Made by a program: the position numbers and the translations under genes. Shown here piece by piece: positions 35,886 to 48,684 of a stretch of DNA of 64,000 bases. This DNA is from Guillardia theta CCMP2712 (Eukaryota; Protista; Cryptophyta), in assembly GCF_000315625.1 (NCBI RefSeq), contig NW_005434647.1:294936-358935 (forward strand). Reading direction: 5' to 3'. Under the pieces are notes generated by a model. The model ran no database searches and was not told where the DNA came from. It saw only the letters and a program-made list of their open reading frames with translations. Each line of letters opens with the position of its first letter. Position 1 is the first letter of the stretch.

Positions 35886-38800
35886 TCAGATGATAAGTTC
35901 CATCACAACTTCTGTCGAAAGCTCGACCGTCTCCCCATCCTGCATCACCACAGCGCAAGTGTCTCCCCTAGGAAAAATCGTCATGATTGTAATCTCCATC
36001 TCCATCATCATCATGATCATCTACGTCATGATCATCGTCATGATCGACATCATCATCGTCATGATCGACATCATCATCATCATGATCTACATCATCATGA
36101 TCGTCGTCGTCATTCATCGAGCACGTCACTTCGTACCTCTGATCTACGACGACGCCAGGAGCTCCATCCTGCATGATGGTACAGCCAACGACCCCCACGT
36201 TCGGGACCGAGTCATCGTCCTGTCAAGCCTGTCAGACGGCACTGTGCTTCCCTTCTCCGAGCATCTCTTACCTTGAGCTCTGTGACGTCAAACTTGCTCG
36301 AGGAAAGTGCAGACCCATCCGAGTTGATCGCCCGAGCCGTCAAATTACTCTGCACACAGGAGATAATGAACTTCAAAAAGGAGAAGGAGAAGCTTGTGTA
36401 GGTATGTATGCTCGCGTGCGCGTATAGGAAGGAGGAGTAGCGCACCGAGGTATCTTTTCCTGCCGTGTCACCGAGCCCCTCCATGTACGAGTCCCACAGA
36501 TTCGCCTTCACATCCCTTGCCATCAGCTCTTGAGATCGACAGCAAGCAGCGCGTACCTGCTTGAGGAAAGTTTCTCTGACGTTGATGGGGAGGAAAATCG
36601 AGATGATCCCAACTGCCAGACAGCTCAGAGTCGTCGGCTAGCGGAAACGTCTCCACCGACTTACCTGAGGTGAGGAGGAAGGAGGCGAGCAGAGCATGCA
36701 TGGTCGTGTTCCTGGGAGGCAGTCTGGGTCGCAGTCGGTGAGTCACGCGCAAGGGAGGAGGCGAAGGGGGTCACCTGGTCCAGACTTGAAGTCCTCCACG
36801 TTTGACCTCCACGTAGATGTCCGACATGAAGGACCCACCTGAGGCAGGAAAGAGATCGCTCGGAAGCTTTCGAACTCCCGTAATGGCCTTGAGAAGACGT
36901 CAGTCATCGTCAAGCACACGCGCGTCTCTTGTACCTCGACGTACGTCGGACAAGGCTCGTGCATGGCTACTTGCCCAATCTTTAGAGGAGCATCTGCTCC
37001 CCCGGACACGCGAACGATCTCTCCCCATCGCTTCGCCTTGGCTTTTGCGTCAGGCATGTCCGGGTGGATGACCAGGTTCAGGTTCTGGTCGGTAGAGAAG
37101 AAGCGGAAGAGCAGGTCCTTCATCAGCTTCGCCTCCTTCGATTCCGCGCTGGCTCGCTGGGGGTACCACACCAGCCCTCCCTCCACCTGCAGCCCCAGCG
37201 CGATCGAGCCGCCAGCGATCGTCCTGACCCCGAACACGCGCGTGGCCTGCAGTATGTTGCCCGAGTAGTCGGTGTGCATGGTAATGCAGCGGTACTCCCC
37301 GATGCTGCATGCTACCGACGGGCTTCGCCGATGCTTGGGGCAGACATAGTGCTCCGAGCTCAGCAGGTTCATGCCCACGAGCGAGAGCTCATCAAGGTCG
37401 TCGCATCTCCCGTGGACCCAGAGGTCGCAGACGGAGCACTTGAGGATCTGATCTTCAGTCTCGATCTCCTTGAGGACCTTGTCGCACACGCTGCAGTACC
37501 TTTTCTTCGCGTGCAGCTCCCCGCACCGGCTGCACTGCGTGTAAGCTTGCTTCCAGGCGTCCATGGGCTTCTTCCCCGGAGTTTTGGCACCGCACGAGTT
37601 GCATTTCACGCCATGGAGGCGGAAGATCCCCGCGATGGACTGTCCGATGGATCTCGCATGGAATCGAAGATGAACTGAGTGAATCTCTGCTGTCAACCTT
37701 TCAATGTCGTCACGTCCCACGCTATCCTTGAATTTCTGAACAAATCAACCTCAATGACGAGAACGCAAATGGAGGGAGGAGGAGATTGATGAGGATGAGA
37801 AGGGGAAGGTGATGGTGGTGTGGAGACAAGGGGACGGGATGTCCTTGAAGACGGGGAGAAGCTTCGAAGCTGACTGTACCTTGTAAATGCCTTGTAGCTT
37901 CTGCAGCTCATCGTTGTATTCAGTGACGAACGTGTTGATCTCGTTCGTGGCCTTGATCGTCATGTCCACGTCGTTGTCCTGCTTCGCCTCCTCAAGGATG
38001 TCGCTGTTGCGCTTTCTCTTCGACCGCTTTCCAGCATCTTTCGCCTCAGTCGTCTTCGGCTCTGCTAGTCAACATCAGCAGCACGACCTCTGAACTCGAG
38101 GGACCTTCACCAGGTGCCTCAGGGGCTTCCTCCACGGTCTCCTTCTCTCCTTTCTTGGAGCTCTTCCTCTCGTTCTTCTTCGCTTGCTCAGCCTCGGGTG
38201 CTGCTTCACCTTGGGACATCCATCAGCAACTCCTGCTGGGCTCACGGCGTGTGAAGTTACCTTCCCCACCACCGAGCGATGATCTCAAGCTCCGTCGGTT
38301 CTTGGCCTTGCTACTCGAGCCCACCTCCTTGGACTCGATCTCCTCTTCCATGTAGACAATCTCAGCGGAGACGTCCTTGCCTTTCTTGCTCTTCTTATGC
38401 TTTCCAGTCGTCGCCTCCTGCTCCAGCAATCATCACTCTCTCCATCACCACTCAAAGAATCTCAACCTCTGGAACCTCGTTGACTTCTGGACTTTCAATT
38501 TCAATCTCTTCCCCCTCCTCCTGCCGAGGACGGATGTACTCCCCGTTCAGGTCGTACCAGCAGTCCTCCTCCTGCCCTGCTCCTTCAAACCGTATCAAAG
38601 CTCTTCCCTGCTTGCATCGGATGATCTTGGCCAGCCACCACTCGCCCTCCGCGAACGCCTCGCACAGATCTCCTTTACTGAAAGCATTGTTGCCTGCCTT
38701 CTCGTTCTGCTTCGAATCTGCGTCGAACGTCTCTTGCACCCCCAGCTCGATCTCTTTCGACGACGCAGCCTGTACATCTTTCACTGCATCCTTAGAGGGA

Positions 38801-40129
38801 GTAGCGCCCTTGCTCTTGCGCTGCCCTGCATTCTTCGATTTACCGGGGGTGCTCTTATCAACAGCAACTTTCTGCTTGCTGCTTGCCTGTGGTTGTTCTG
38901 GCAGAGCTTGGATTGTGTTAGAATTCTTAACATGCCATATCTCTGACTTGGAAGAGTCCTTACGAACTAAGACAGTCTTGTTCCTAACTTTCACCACAGT
39001 CCCTTCATCGAATTCGCCCTCCTCCCACACGCGACAGCGATCGCCTGGCAGCCATTCCACCTCGTTCGCAACATCCTCTCCAGCCTTCTCGGGTGGAGTT
39101 TTGGATATCTTCGGCTTCGTCTCGTTCTTGGGCGTTTCCTTGGCAGGAGTGGACGACGTTTCGTCTTCAACCTCCTCATGAAAGATGAATTCCTCCTCCT
39201 CCTGCCGAGGACGGATGTACTCCCCGTTCAGGTCGTACCAGCAGTCCTCCTCCTGCCCTGCTCCTTCAAACCGTACCAAAGCTTTTCCCTGCTTGCATCG
39301 GATGATCTTGGCCAGCCACCACTCGCCCTCCGCGAACGCCTCGCACAGCTCGCCTTTCTTGCCCGCTACCCCTCCAGGTCGAGTGGGCGTTTCTTTACCG
39401 GCACTTTCTTCTTTCACCACATCGCTGACCATGAGCTGTGAGGGAGACTGCGAGACATCCATCTGCGAAGCCTCTGTGACTTTCTTCTGCTTGAGGCTCA
39501 GCACAAGCTTGTTCTTGCCGCCGCTCGGCGCTTTCTTGATGAAATCTGTGCTTGCAATCAACTTCTCCAGCTCCGCCACCAACGACTGGAAGTCTGCTTC
39601 CGCCATCAGCGACTTCTGATCCAGCAGCACATCGCGCAGCGCTTGCGACGTCACGCTGAGAAACTCTTCCTTGGTGCTGCACCGGGTCGAATCCGCCCTG
39701 GAACGAGAGGTTGAGAAAAGCAAAGGAAAAGGGCAGTGAGCACCTCAAGCTCTCGATCACTTCGTTGCACTTGCTCGAGAAAGTCTCGCTCAGGCTCTGT
39801 CGAGCTGCTGGTTTCACCTGCATCTGCACGCACATCAGCACGAGAAGCTTCCCGCGGGGCCGGCAAACCTTGTCGAGCACCTCCTGGAGAACCTTCTTGG
39901 CCGCTGCAGGAAACCATTTGTACAGCCCTTCCATCTCCTCCTCTGTCAGCACTATCCTGATATCATCATCTGGCGCGGGGATTGTGGTCGAGATCTGCTC
40001 CCCATCCTCGAAGAAGATCGTGTATAGCTCAGTTTCCTTATCGTAATCTTGTATATGTCCGATATACCAGTCTGTCTCGTCGAAGAGAACCTTCACCCTC
40101 CTACCAACCTCCAATGCCTGCGAGGGCAT
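35886..40129 (-). CDS. Chromatin reader with multiple Tudor/Agenet-like domains and an MLL/Trithorax-type zinc knuckle + PHD finger
   Basis: VGRRVKVLFDETDWYIGHI..FEDGE; duplicated CEAFAEGEWWLAKII; KCNSCGAKTPGK..CSRC..YCSVCDK..CSVCDLWVHGRC..YVCPKH. Confidence 0.8.
35980..36120. repeat. Intronic degenerate (CAT/GAT) repeat
   Basis: catcatgatcatc.. tract inside the last intron of the minus-strand gene. Confidence 0.85.
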
Positions 40130-40611
40130 CGTTCTTTCGGCTGTTCCTGCAAGAGACACTGTCAGGAAACGCGCACGGTAGGGACTACACCGCTGCATAC
40201 TCTATCTCTCAACTGATTGAAACCTTCTTCCCCCTCGCTCCCCTTCCCGCCCTCCATGAAATCTCGTCTCTCAGTCTCTCTTGCTGCTCGTCCTTCCTCG
40301 CATCCTACTCCTCTCATCTCTCGATGCCTGTCTGTCTCTACATGCCTGCCCGTCTTCTCCTCCCCTCCCTGCTCCCCGCTCCGTCCCTTTTCCTCGGCGC
40401 CCTCCCCGCCATTCTGGTTCAGTGCTGTTAAAAGCGTGCTTCTTTATTTGAAATATGCCTTATGTTGTTTAAAACCAAGTTTGAAATTCCGAATCATTCT
40501 TACCCCATGCACGGGGAGGTAGGAGGTAGGAAGCGCATGGGCGGGTGGAGGAGAGAGGATGAAGCAAGATGAGCTAACAACTCCCAGCATCATCATCCCA
40601 CACTGTCTCTG

Positions 40612-43600
40612 ATGTCCCAGCCGAACCGCCGCCTTTGGCTCCTCCTGCTCGCCCTCCTCGCCGCCTGCCCTGGGGTCAGCAGGTAAGTCCCTCTCCCAAC
40701 GCGCCCCTCTATGCGGGCATGTCGCGTCTATGCTTGACTCTGCGATCGGCAGCTGGCCGTCATGGATCGAGATTCACGTCGAGCATACTTCTGCATCCGC
40801 GAAGCTGCGACCAGGAAACGTCACAATCTGTGACGGGGGCACCGCCAAATTGGCAGTGTCAGTGCAGGGCGGCACCGGCCCATGGAAGGCAGGATATGTC
40901 TTGTTGGGACGAGACACCAGAATGACTCCAATGCAGGTCACCATCCTGCGAGACAGCAAGTACTTCGATAGCCTGCTCATCAACCCTGCCGCCTTCTCCT
41001 GGTCCTCTACTACCCTTGCCACCGAGACCGTAGAGACGTCTCTTCCTGGGAAGTACACCCTGGGCAGGGTCTGCGATGCTCATTTCTGCAACGGCACAGT
41101 CAGTACTGCTCCCTTCGTGGTCAGCGTCGCGTCTCCTCCCACCGCACGGATCCTCCACTCGGGCCCCATCTGCCTGCCCCTTGTCAAGAGCTTCACTGAG
41201 AAGCTGCTTGAGCTGCAGGGAGTTCCTCCTTTCCAGGTCGAGCTCGCGCTGGTCGGGACGGACAAGACCGTCTCCGTCAAGTACCCGAGCGCCGGGAAGC
41301 ATGTCCTGCCCAACGACCTCCTCTTGCACCGGGGGCTATGGGGCATCGTTCAGCTGTCGGACAACAGCGGCTGCGCTGCAGAGATGGAGAGCGTGACGTG
41401 GGTGTCAACGCTGGCCGTGCAGCAGGTCCCGACGGGATCTCTGTCGATCCGCAGCGATGTGTGCGGCAACGAGGACGCGCAGCTCGATGTGAAGCTCGAC
41501 GTCGGAGTCCCGCCATGGTCGTTCAGCCTGCTCTACCCCAATGGGACCATCCTGAAGGCTGCGAACCTGACGAGGAGGACGTTCAGCATCAGCGTGGAAA
41601 ACGTGGGGAGCTATTCCCTCGTCTCCCTCAACGATTCCGTATGCAGCAACGCCTCCATGCAAGCACAGAACAAGAACGTGCAGGTGTCAGCCAAGGGTGA
41701 AATCCTCACTGGCAGGATTTTGAACCGAACAATCCAGACTTGTCCTGGCGTCTTTCATGCGGTCTCGGGAGAAGTGCAAGGGAAGGGGCCATGGTCGATT
41801 GTTATTCACAGGAACGGGGAATTTTGGAGGAGGATCGAGCATCATAGAGACGACTCAGGCTCTGAGAAGTCTGGACGCAGCAATTTCACTTTCCAAGTGG
41901 AAGTTGCCGGGAATTACAGCCTGTACTCCGTGACAGATGCGAGGTCGTGCACAGTGAGGGGAGGAGGGCTTGTGCAGGTCGTTCTGATGCCTGCTCCCAC
42001 CCTGACCATGACCACAACCTGCAAGCAAGACGTCGCCAGCATGGAGTGCGCGAGAGAGGCTGACAGGCTGGACGTTTGCGTGGGAGAAGAGGTCTCTGTG
42101 CGAGCCAACCTGACCGGCGATGGCGTCATCACCATAGCCAGTCCCAGCTGGAACGAGACGAAGAAGGTCAAAGTGGCAGCCCAGAACAAGTCAGGATGGG
42201 TCGTCCACCAAGTGGACCTTTCTCGCAGCGTAGAATTCAGCACCGGCCAGTACACCATCACCAGCATCACCGATCGCACCTGCTCTCGGACGCTCTCGTA
42301 CCCTCTCCTTGTCCACCCTCGCCCTGTCTTCTCGCTCCGCGGCGGCGTGACTGACGTCTGCAGCTCGACCGGTCAGGCGTCGCTGGAAGTCCGGGAGTCG
42401 AGCGGGTACGGGGGAAGGTGGACGGCGCACATCCTGCAGCCGTCGGGGAAGGTCATGATGCTGAACTCTACGAAGCCAACTGCCCAGATGTTGGTGAAAG
42501 AGCCGGGCGTGTACACGCTGGTGGATGTGGAAGCGGGAGGCTGCAAGCCTGTCGTGGAGCAAGGAGTCGACGGGAAGCCCAAGACTGTTGCCGTGAGCCT
42601 CTTTGAGAGCCCCAAGGCCTCGATCTCGGGAGGAGGCAGCAAGTGCTCAGCTGGAGGAGCAGCGCTTGACGTGAAGATTCACGTGCAAGGAGGACAGCGG
42701 CCGTACAAAGTCCAGCTGGCCTTCAACGGGAAACCCCAGCAGGACTCCAAGGTGAGGGAGGAGGAGATGGAGGGAGGGGGAGGGCGAGGAGGAGGAGGAG
42801 GAGGAGGAGGAGGAGGAGGCTTACTTTCCGCAGGGAGGACCTCTTTGGCAGCAGGTGACGTCACCTGACGGTGTGCTGGTGCTTCCTGTCAGCAAGGAAG
42901 GGACGTACACCATCTCGCACGTGCGGGACGCGCGGCAGTGTGCCGCTGCTGCCTCGGACATCACCGGCAGTGCCATCATCAAGAGCTACCCGCAAGCCAT
43001 CGCAGGTCAGGGCAGCCCATCCCCGCTCCCCGCTCCGCTCGCTCCTTCGTTTCCCCCGTCCGCTCCCTCCCCATCCATTCCCCTTCTCCCTGCCTATTGA
43101 CTCGCTAGCTAACGTGCCGTGAAGGCTTCCAGAAGAGGACGTTGGGCTTCTGCGTGGGAGAGGCGGCGGAGGAGGTGGTTGTGTCTGTGAAGGGGAACAA
43201 GGCGCCTGCCCCTTGGAACATGACAATCCTCAAGGACGAGCAGTTCTACACCACCATCTCCGTCCCCAACTCCTCGCGCGATGGAGGTCACGTGACGTTC
43301 CGGGCGGAGGCCTCGGGGGACTACAGGATAGCCGAAGACACCTTCACTGACAGCAGAGGCTGCCTTGGAAGGGCGCAGGGCAGCCTCAAGGTCGTCGAGT
43401 ACCTCCTGCCTTCCGTCGCTGTCCGCAGCTCCATCGCCCCCGATACCCGCGGGCTGTGCGAAGGAGCGGCCCCTTCGCTGGAGCTGTCCGGGAGCCCACC
43501 CTGGTCAGTCACGCTGGAGGTCAAGAGGAAGGGGGCGAAGGGCCGGACCTGCACCATCACCAACATCCACGACCGGTCGCTGCAGCTGAGCGGGAGCTTC

Positions 43601-44454
43601 CTGTCGAGGCACTGCGGGACGAGCGTCAGCGACGGCTTCCTGCCAGAGGGCAACCATGTCGTGACGTCACCTCCCCCTCCTCCTCCTGCCCCTCACCTCC
43701 TCCCCAGGTCATCACGAGCGTCTCCAGCGAATGGCGCAACGATGCGGGGGATGTGAAGACCTGCAGCAGGAAAGACCTCTCGGTGATCCTCCTCCTCCTC
43801 CTCCTCCTTTCTGGCCCTCACGCTGCCCTGTCCTCCCCCAGATCCCCATCCGCATCCTCGGCTCGCCCAGTGCTTCCCTCGCGCCGCTGGTCTGCAAGCA
43901 CCTCTGCAAGGGGGAGGCAGGAGGGATGATGGTCAACCTCACCCACGGGACGCCTCCCTTCACCGTGCAGATCGAGGACGAGGGCAGCAACGTGCTGGAG
44001 CAGGTGAGGGCGAGCTCCTCTCCTGCCCTCCTCGGGTGATGGCTTGCCCGCAGGACTTCGAGTTCGAGGTAGGAGAGTTTCGCCTCGACAAGAGCAGGAT
44101 CATCAAGGTTATCCTCCTCCCTTCTCTCCTCTCCAACCCCCTCCCTCCTCCTCTCTCGCCTCCCTCTTCCTCTCTCTCCCCCTCCGCTGCTTTCTCTCTC
44201 CTCGTCTCAGCAGCAGATGAAGCTGCCTCAGGGGTCGGCGCATGACATCTCAGTGGGGTCGCACAACTGGACGATCGTGAGCGTGAGGGATGCCAACGGG
44301 TAAAGGAGGAGGAGGGCGAGACAGCCGCACCGCTAACTGCAAGCATGGCAGATGCTCTTCGCAGAGCAGAAGGTCGTCCATATCCTCCTCCCCTTCAGTA
44401 TCAGGATCCGTCCCCTCCTCACAGCAGCAGGATGTAGCATATCGCAAGCGATGA
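40612..44454 (+). CDS. Pom152-like protein with tandem Ig-like (PKD-like) repeats and an N-terminal hydrophobic segment
   Basis: About 9-10 repeats of GxxP[WF]x[VL] ... GxYx[LI]xx[VI]xDxxC; many NxS/T sequons; N-terminus RRLWLLLLALLAACPG. Confidence 0.7.
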
Positions 44455-44506
44455 TTTAGTCGCAGAAACATACAACAGACATGGAGCACGAGATCTAGTC
44501 GCCTTG

Positions 44507-47500
44507 TCACGCAAACCTCGCCATGTCCTCCTCCTCCTCCCTCGCCATCCGGCTCTGCAGCAGGGCAGAGTGGACGTCTGAGTTGAGCCTGCGGGGGAGA
44601 GAGGCAGAGGTCAACGTGGAGGTGAAGAGGAGGAGATAGATGTAAGATAGACTGAGCACGGGGGGAAGTGAAACAAGGGAGGAGGAGGACTGGGAGGAGA
44701 AGGGGAGGAAGACGAGGAGGAGGAGGAAGACGAGGAGGAGGAGGAGGAGGAGGAGGAGGAGGAGGAGGACGAAGAGATGGAGGGGAAGGAGGATATTGAG
44801 GGGGCGAAGCTGAATGGCTCACGTCAGAATGTCCATCCACTGGTCGTTACTCAGTTCGCTGCAGTTCAAGTCAGCTCGAGTCTCTTCCTCACGTTCCGAA
44901 CCCTCTGTGTCTCCTGCTCCTCCCAGCGCCTCCTCGCTTCTTCGCCCTCCTGATGCCCGGTGAAGCGTCCTTCGTCCCCGCCGTCGGCACCCTTAGCATG
45001 CGCTCCTGCTGCCAGTCACCCGCGTCCTCCAGCGCTCACACCTTCGTTCCACGACTCTGCTCCTCCCTCCGCTTCCTCCTTCCTCCTTCACTCAAGGTTT
45101 CCCCTGCCCTAACGTCTCTGCTCCTCTCCTCCGCTCACTTTCCCCTCATTCACCTGCTCTTGTGTTGGCCTGATCTTGTCGTAGGTAAGCAATGCATCTG
45201 CCAGCAGGATATCACCCGCCTCCTCCTCCTCCTCCTCCTCCTCCTCCTCCTGGCCCTTCTGCTTCTCCTGACCCTCCTGACCCTCTTCTTCCTCCTCCTG
45301 CTCCTGCTCCTCCTCCTGCTCCTGCTCCTCCTCTTCCGTCTGTGCCTCCCCTTCTCTTACATTTCATCTTGCTCAGCGACAGCTGCGAGTATGAAGACTC
45401 TTGTGCCCATTTCTAAACTTGCAGTGAGTAAATTGTAGTCGTGAGGCAAGCAGGAGGTGGAAAGAAGAGAGAGAGGAGGGGGAGGGGGAGGGAGGAGGAA
45501 GGTGCACAATCAGGGGAGTGCACAGGACAAGGTTGTTCGTAGGAAGGATCACGAAACCTGTGCGCCGAAGAGGAAGAAGTCGTTGTTGGTGATCCTGCCC
45601 TCAAGAAATCGAGGAGCTGAACAACGAGCTGTTATGCAAGACGGTGGCAAAGAAGAGAACAAACAGGGTAAGGGGGAAAAGTTCAAGCTTGAGGAAGGAA
45701 GGAGGAGGAGGAAGGAGGAGGAGGAATGAAGGAGAGGAGTGGAGAGGGTTCACCCACCCGACGTGCCGAAACCAATTTCTTCGTTTCGCATTCCAATTGG
45801 CTGCAGGCGTTTTAGCATTGAATGAGAGTGAGGGCACAGACGAGGGGAGGAGGGGCTCGGAAGAGGAGGAGGAGGAGGAGGAGGAGGAGGAGGAGGAGGG
45901 GGAGGGGGAGGTCAGGGCATGGAGAGTGGGATGGAGGAGAGGGAGGGAGGGAGCAACCGATTCAGCCGCAGGGATTGGGATGCAGACGGAAACTTGTTCA
46001 TACGCCATGTCTTCCCCCAGCACCTCCCGAGCATAAGTGGTCACATCCGCTGCTCGCTGCAGGACCTGAGCATAGTCCATCGTATCCTCTCTTCTCCTTC
46101 CCCTTCTACTTCCCACTCCGCTTCCGCTTCCCCTTACTCCTTCTGCTCCTGCTCCTACTCCTGCTCCTGCTCCTGCTCCTCCTCGTCGTTCTCCTCCTCT
46201 CCAATCCTCCTCCCAGGCTTGACGCGGAGGAACCTGGCAATCGAGTTGACCCTGACCCTCCAGCAGCCTCGCAGCCTCTCACCTTGAACCCCCTCCTCGC
46301 ATGCGACTCGTCCTGCGGCATCAGCTCGTCCTTTGGCACTGGTGCTTCGAGCTCGTCGAAGGTTTCGTCCTCTTCCCGGTAGCAAGCAGAAAGTGCTCGC
46401 CTCCTCGCTCTGTTTGCTCGGAGGATCAGCCTCGCTATGTCTTGCCGTATCCTCTTTCTCGTGCCCTCCTCCTCCTGCGGCGATCGCATTGTGTTCAGGT
46501 TGGGATCCTGAAACCAGAAGGGCTTCTCGTTCCCCCCCTCCTCCTCCCCCTCCCCCCCTCGCTGCNNNNNNNNNNNNNNNNNNNNNNNNNNNNNNNNNNN
46601 NNNNNNNNNNNNNNNNNNNNNNNNNNNNNNNNNNNNNNNNNNNNNNNNNNNNNNNNNNNNNNNNNNNNNNNNNNNNNNNNNNNNNNNNNNNNNNNNNNNN
46701 NNNNNNNNNNNNNNNNNNNNNNNNNNNNNNNNNNNNNNNNNNNNNNNNNNNNNNNNNNNNNNNNNNNNNNNNNNNNNNNNNNNNNNNNNNNNNNNNNNNN
46801 NNNNNNNNNNNNNNNNNNNNNNNNNNNNNNNNNNNNNNNNNNNNNNNNNNNNNNNNNNNNNNNNNNNNNNNNNNNNNNNNNNNNNNNNCATCTCTCCTCT
46901 CACGCACATCGCGGTCAAGGGTCGAGACGAGGAGCTTCGGTCCATCCATCGCCCGATCGCCTCCCGTTGCAGCTTGAAAGGAAGTCAGAGAACCTCAGGG
47001 GCTCTGCAACCCAGCAGGCTTCTCGTTCCCCCCCTCCCTCCTCCCCCTCCCCCTCCTCCTCCTCCTCCTCCTCCTCCTCCTCCTCCTCCCCGTTCTCGAT
47101 CTGGACAACAAGGAGTCAGGCTACAAACAACAGGCGTCTCACCAACCTGCACATCTTGAGAGGAGCCATATCGCTCCCGCCAGTCCCTCCCAGGCAGCTC
47201 CGTTTCCGGCAATGTGCCGTCAAGCTCTTCCTCCTGCGGGTCCGACAGCTCGTCTGGAAGAGCCTCCTGTTCGCGTGCTGCACGAGGGAAAGGAGTTCCC
47301 TTGTAGTTTCGTGAAGGGGAGGGAGTGTCGGCCCCATCCGATTCGACCTGAATCATCAGGTCCTTCCGCGAGCTCTTCCTCTTCGCAAGAATCGAGGTCG
47401 TCTGAGAAAGAAAGACACGGGAGTTAGGGGAGAGGAAAGAGCAGGAGGGGAAAGAGAGAGCAGGAGGAGGTGCAGGGAGAGGAGAAAGTTGAGATTGAAG

Positions 47501-47965
47501 AGGAAAGAGAGAGGCAACAAATGTTCGCGTGCTATACCGCTGCAGACGAACTTATGTTGAGACTGTTGTCCATGCTCGGCTCGCCTTCCAAGGTGCTGAT
47601 ATTCTGCGAGCTACCAAGGATGGTGGAGGGAGAGGAGACTTCAGCGCCCAACGTTTCAGAACTCTGGGGGGAGAGAACTTCACTTCCACATGCATGACTG
47701 TGAGGTGATGTTTGTTTGGCCGTACCTTGCTTCCAATGTCCAGCTGGACTTGATGGCTCGGTGAAGCCGCAACTGCAATGATCGAGGGCTCAAAGGTGAG
47801 TCTCTTCTCTACCTTGCTGGAGGACGTCTGTGCTTCAATTGCCTGACGCGGAGACTCGGCATAATCGAAGCCATTCGGCTGAACTGCCAACCCGGTACGC
47901 CCTCCAAAGTTCCTCCCACCTCCTCTCCCTCCTCCTCCACTGTTCATGTCTGTCATCTCACTCAT
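44507..47965 (-). CDS. Multi-exon hypothetical protein (low complexity, contains a gap)
   Basis: Exons such as MDYAQVLQRAADVTTYAREVLGEDMAYEQ and NWNAKRRNWFRHVGW; last exon ..EEEEDMARFA*. Confidence 0.5.
46566..46888. other. Assembly gap (323 N)
   Basis: Run of N. Confidence 1.
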
Positions 47966-48684
47966 CTGCCATGCATCAGCTCTCCCACTAGAGCAAGGAT
48001 GGAGGAGAAGGAGAGACGGAGGGAGGGAGGCAGGAGAACTGTTCCCTTCGCTCCTCTCTTCATTGTTCCTCCCGCTCCCAAAAGTCCAGCCCTGCCCCCA
48101 GCCGTTATTCCAGACCCCTCATCCCCTCAATGACCTGCCGGCCCTCGGCCCGGCCCAGGGCCCGGCCGGACCTTTGCGATCACTTCACTGATCAAGTAAC
48201 TTGAAATCGTGCGGGGAGGTGGGTAACAATGGGAAGGGTAGTAGCAATGGCGGCGGAGGGGAGATGAGAAGCGAGGAGGAAGCGACGGACACACGAGGAG
48301 AGGAGGAGAGGAGAGGAGAGGAAAGAATCGTCGACAACGGCACGAAATTCGGACCCTCCGAGGGATGTTTGGGGGAAGCGAGGAGCTGAGGAGAGCGTTT
48401 GGTTGTGGTGGTGTGCGGCGAGGAATCCGGATCGTGGGAGGGGCCGAGGAGGGTCATGGAGCAGTGGAGTTGGAGGAGAGTGGAGGAGAGTGAAGGAGTG
48501 AAGGAGTGACCTCCTCCTTTGTGCACGGAGAGGAGAGAGATCTGTTAGGACCTGCCAGTCTGGCGGTCCCGACCCGGAGGGGGGCCTTGCCACGTGGAAA
48601 CGGCATAGTCCGATACCGACCAGGCTGCAGGGGCTAAGGCTGCAAGCTGTAGAAGCCTCTTGGTGCTAGGAGATCATTGTCGAG

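Noticed and set aside
35727-36276. His-rich and Ile-rich ORFs on the + strand
   Set aside because: Translations of an intronic CAT/GAT microsatellite of the minus-strand gene
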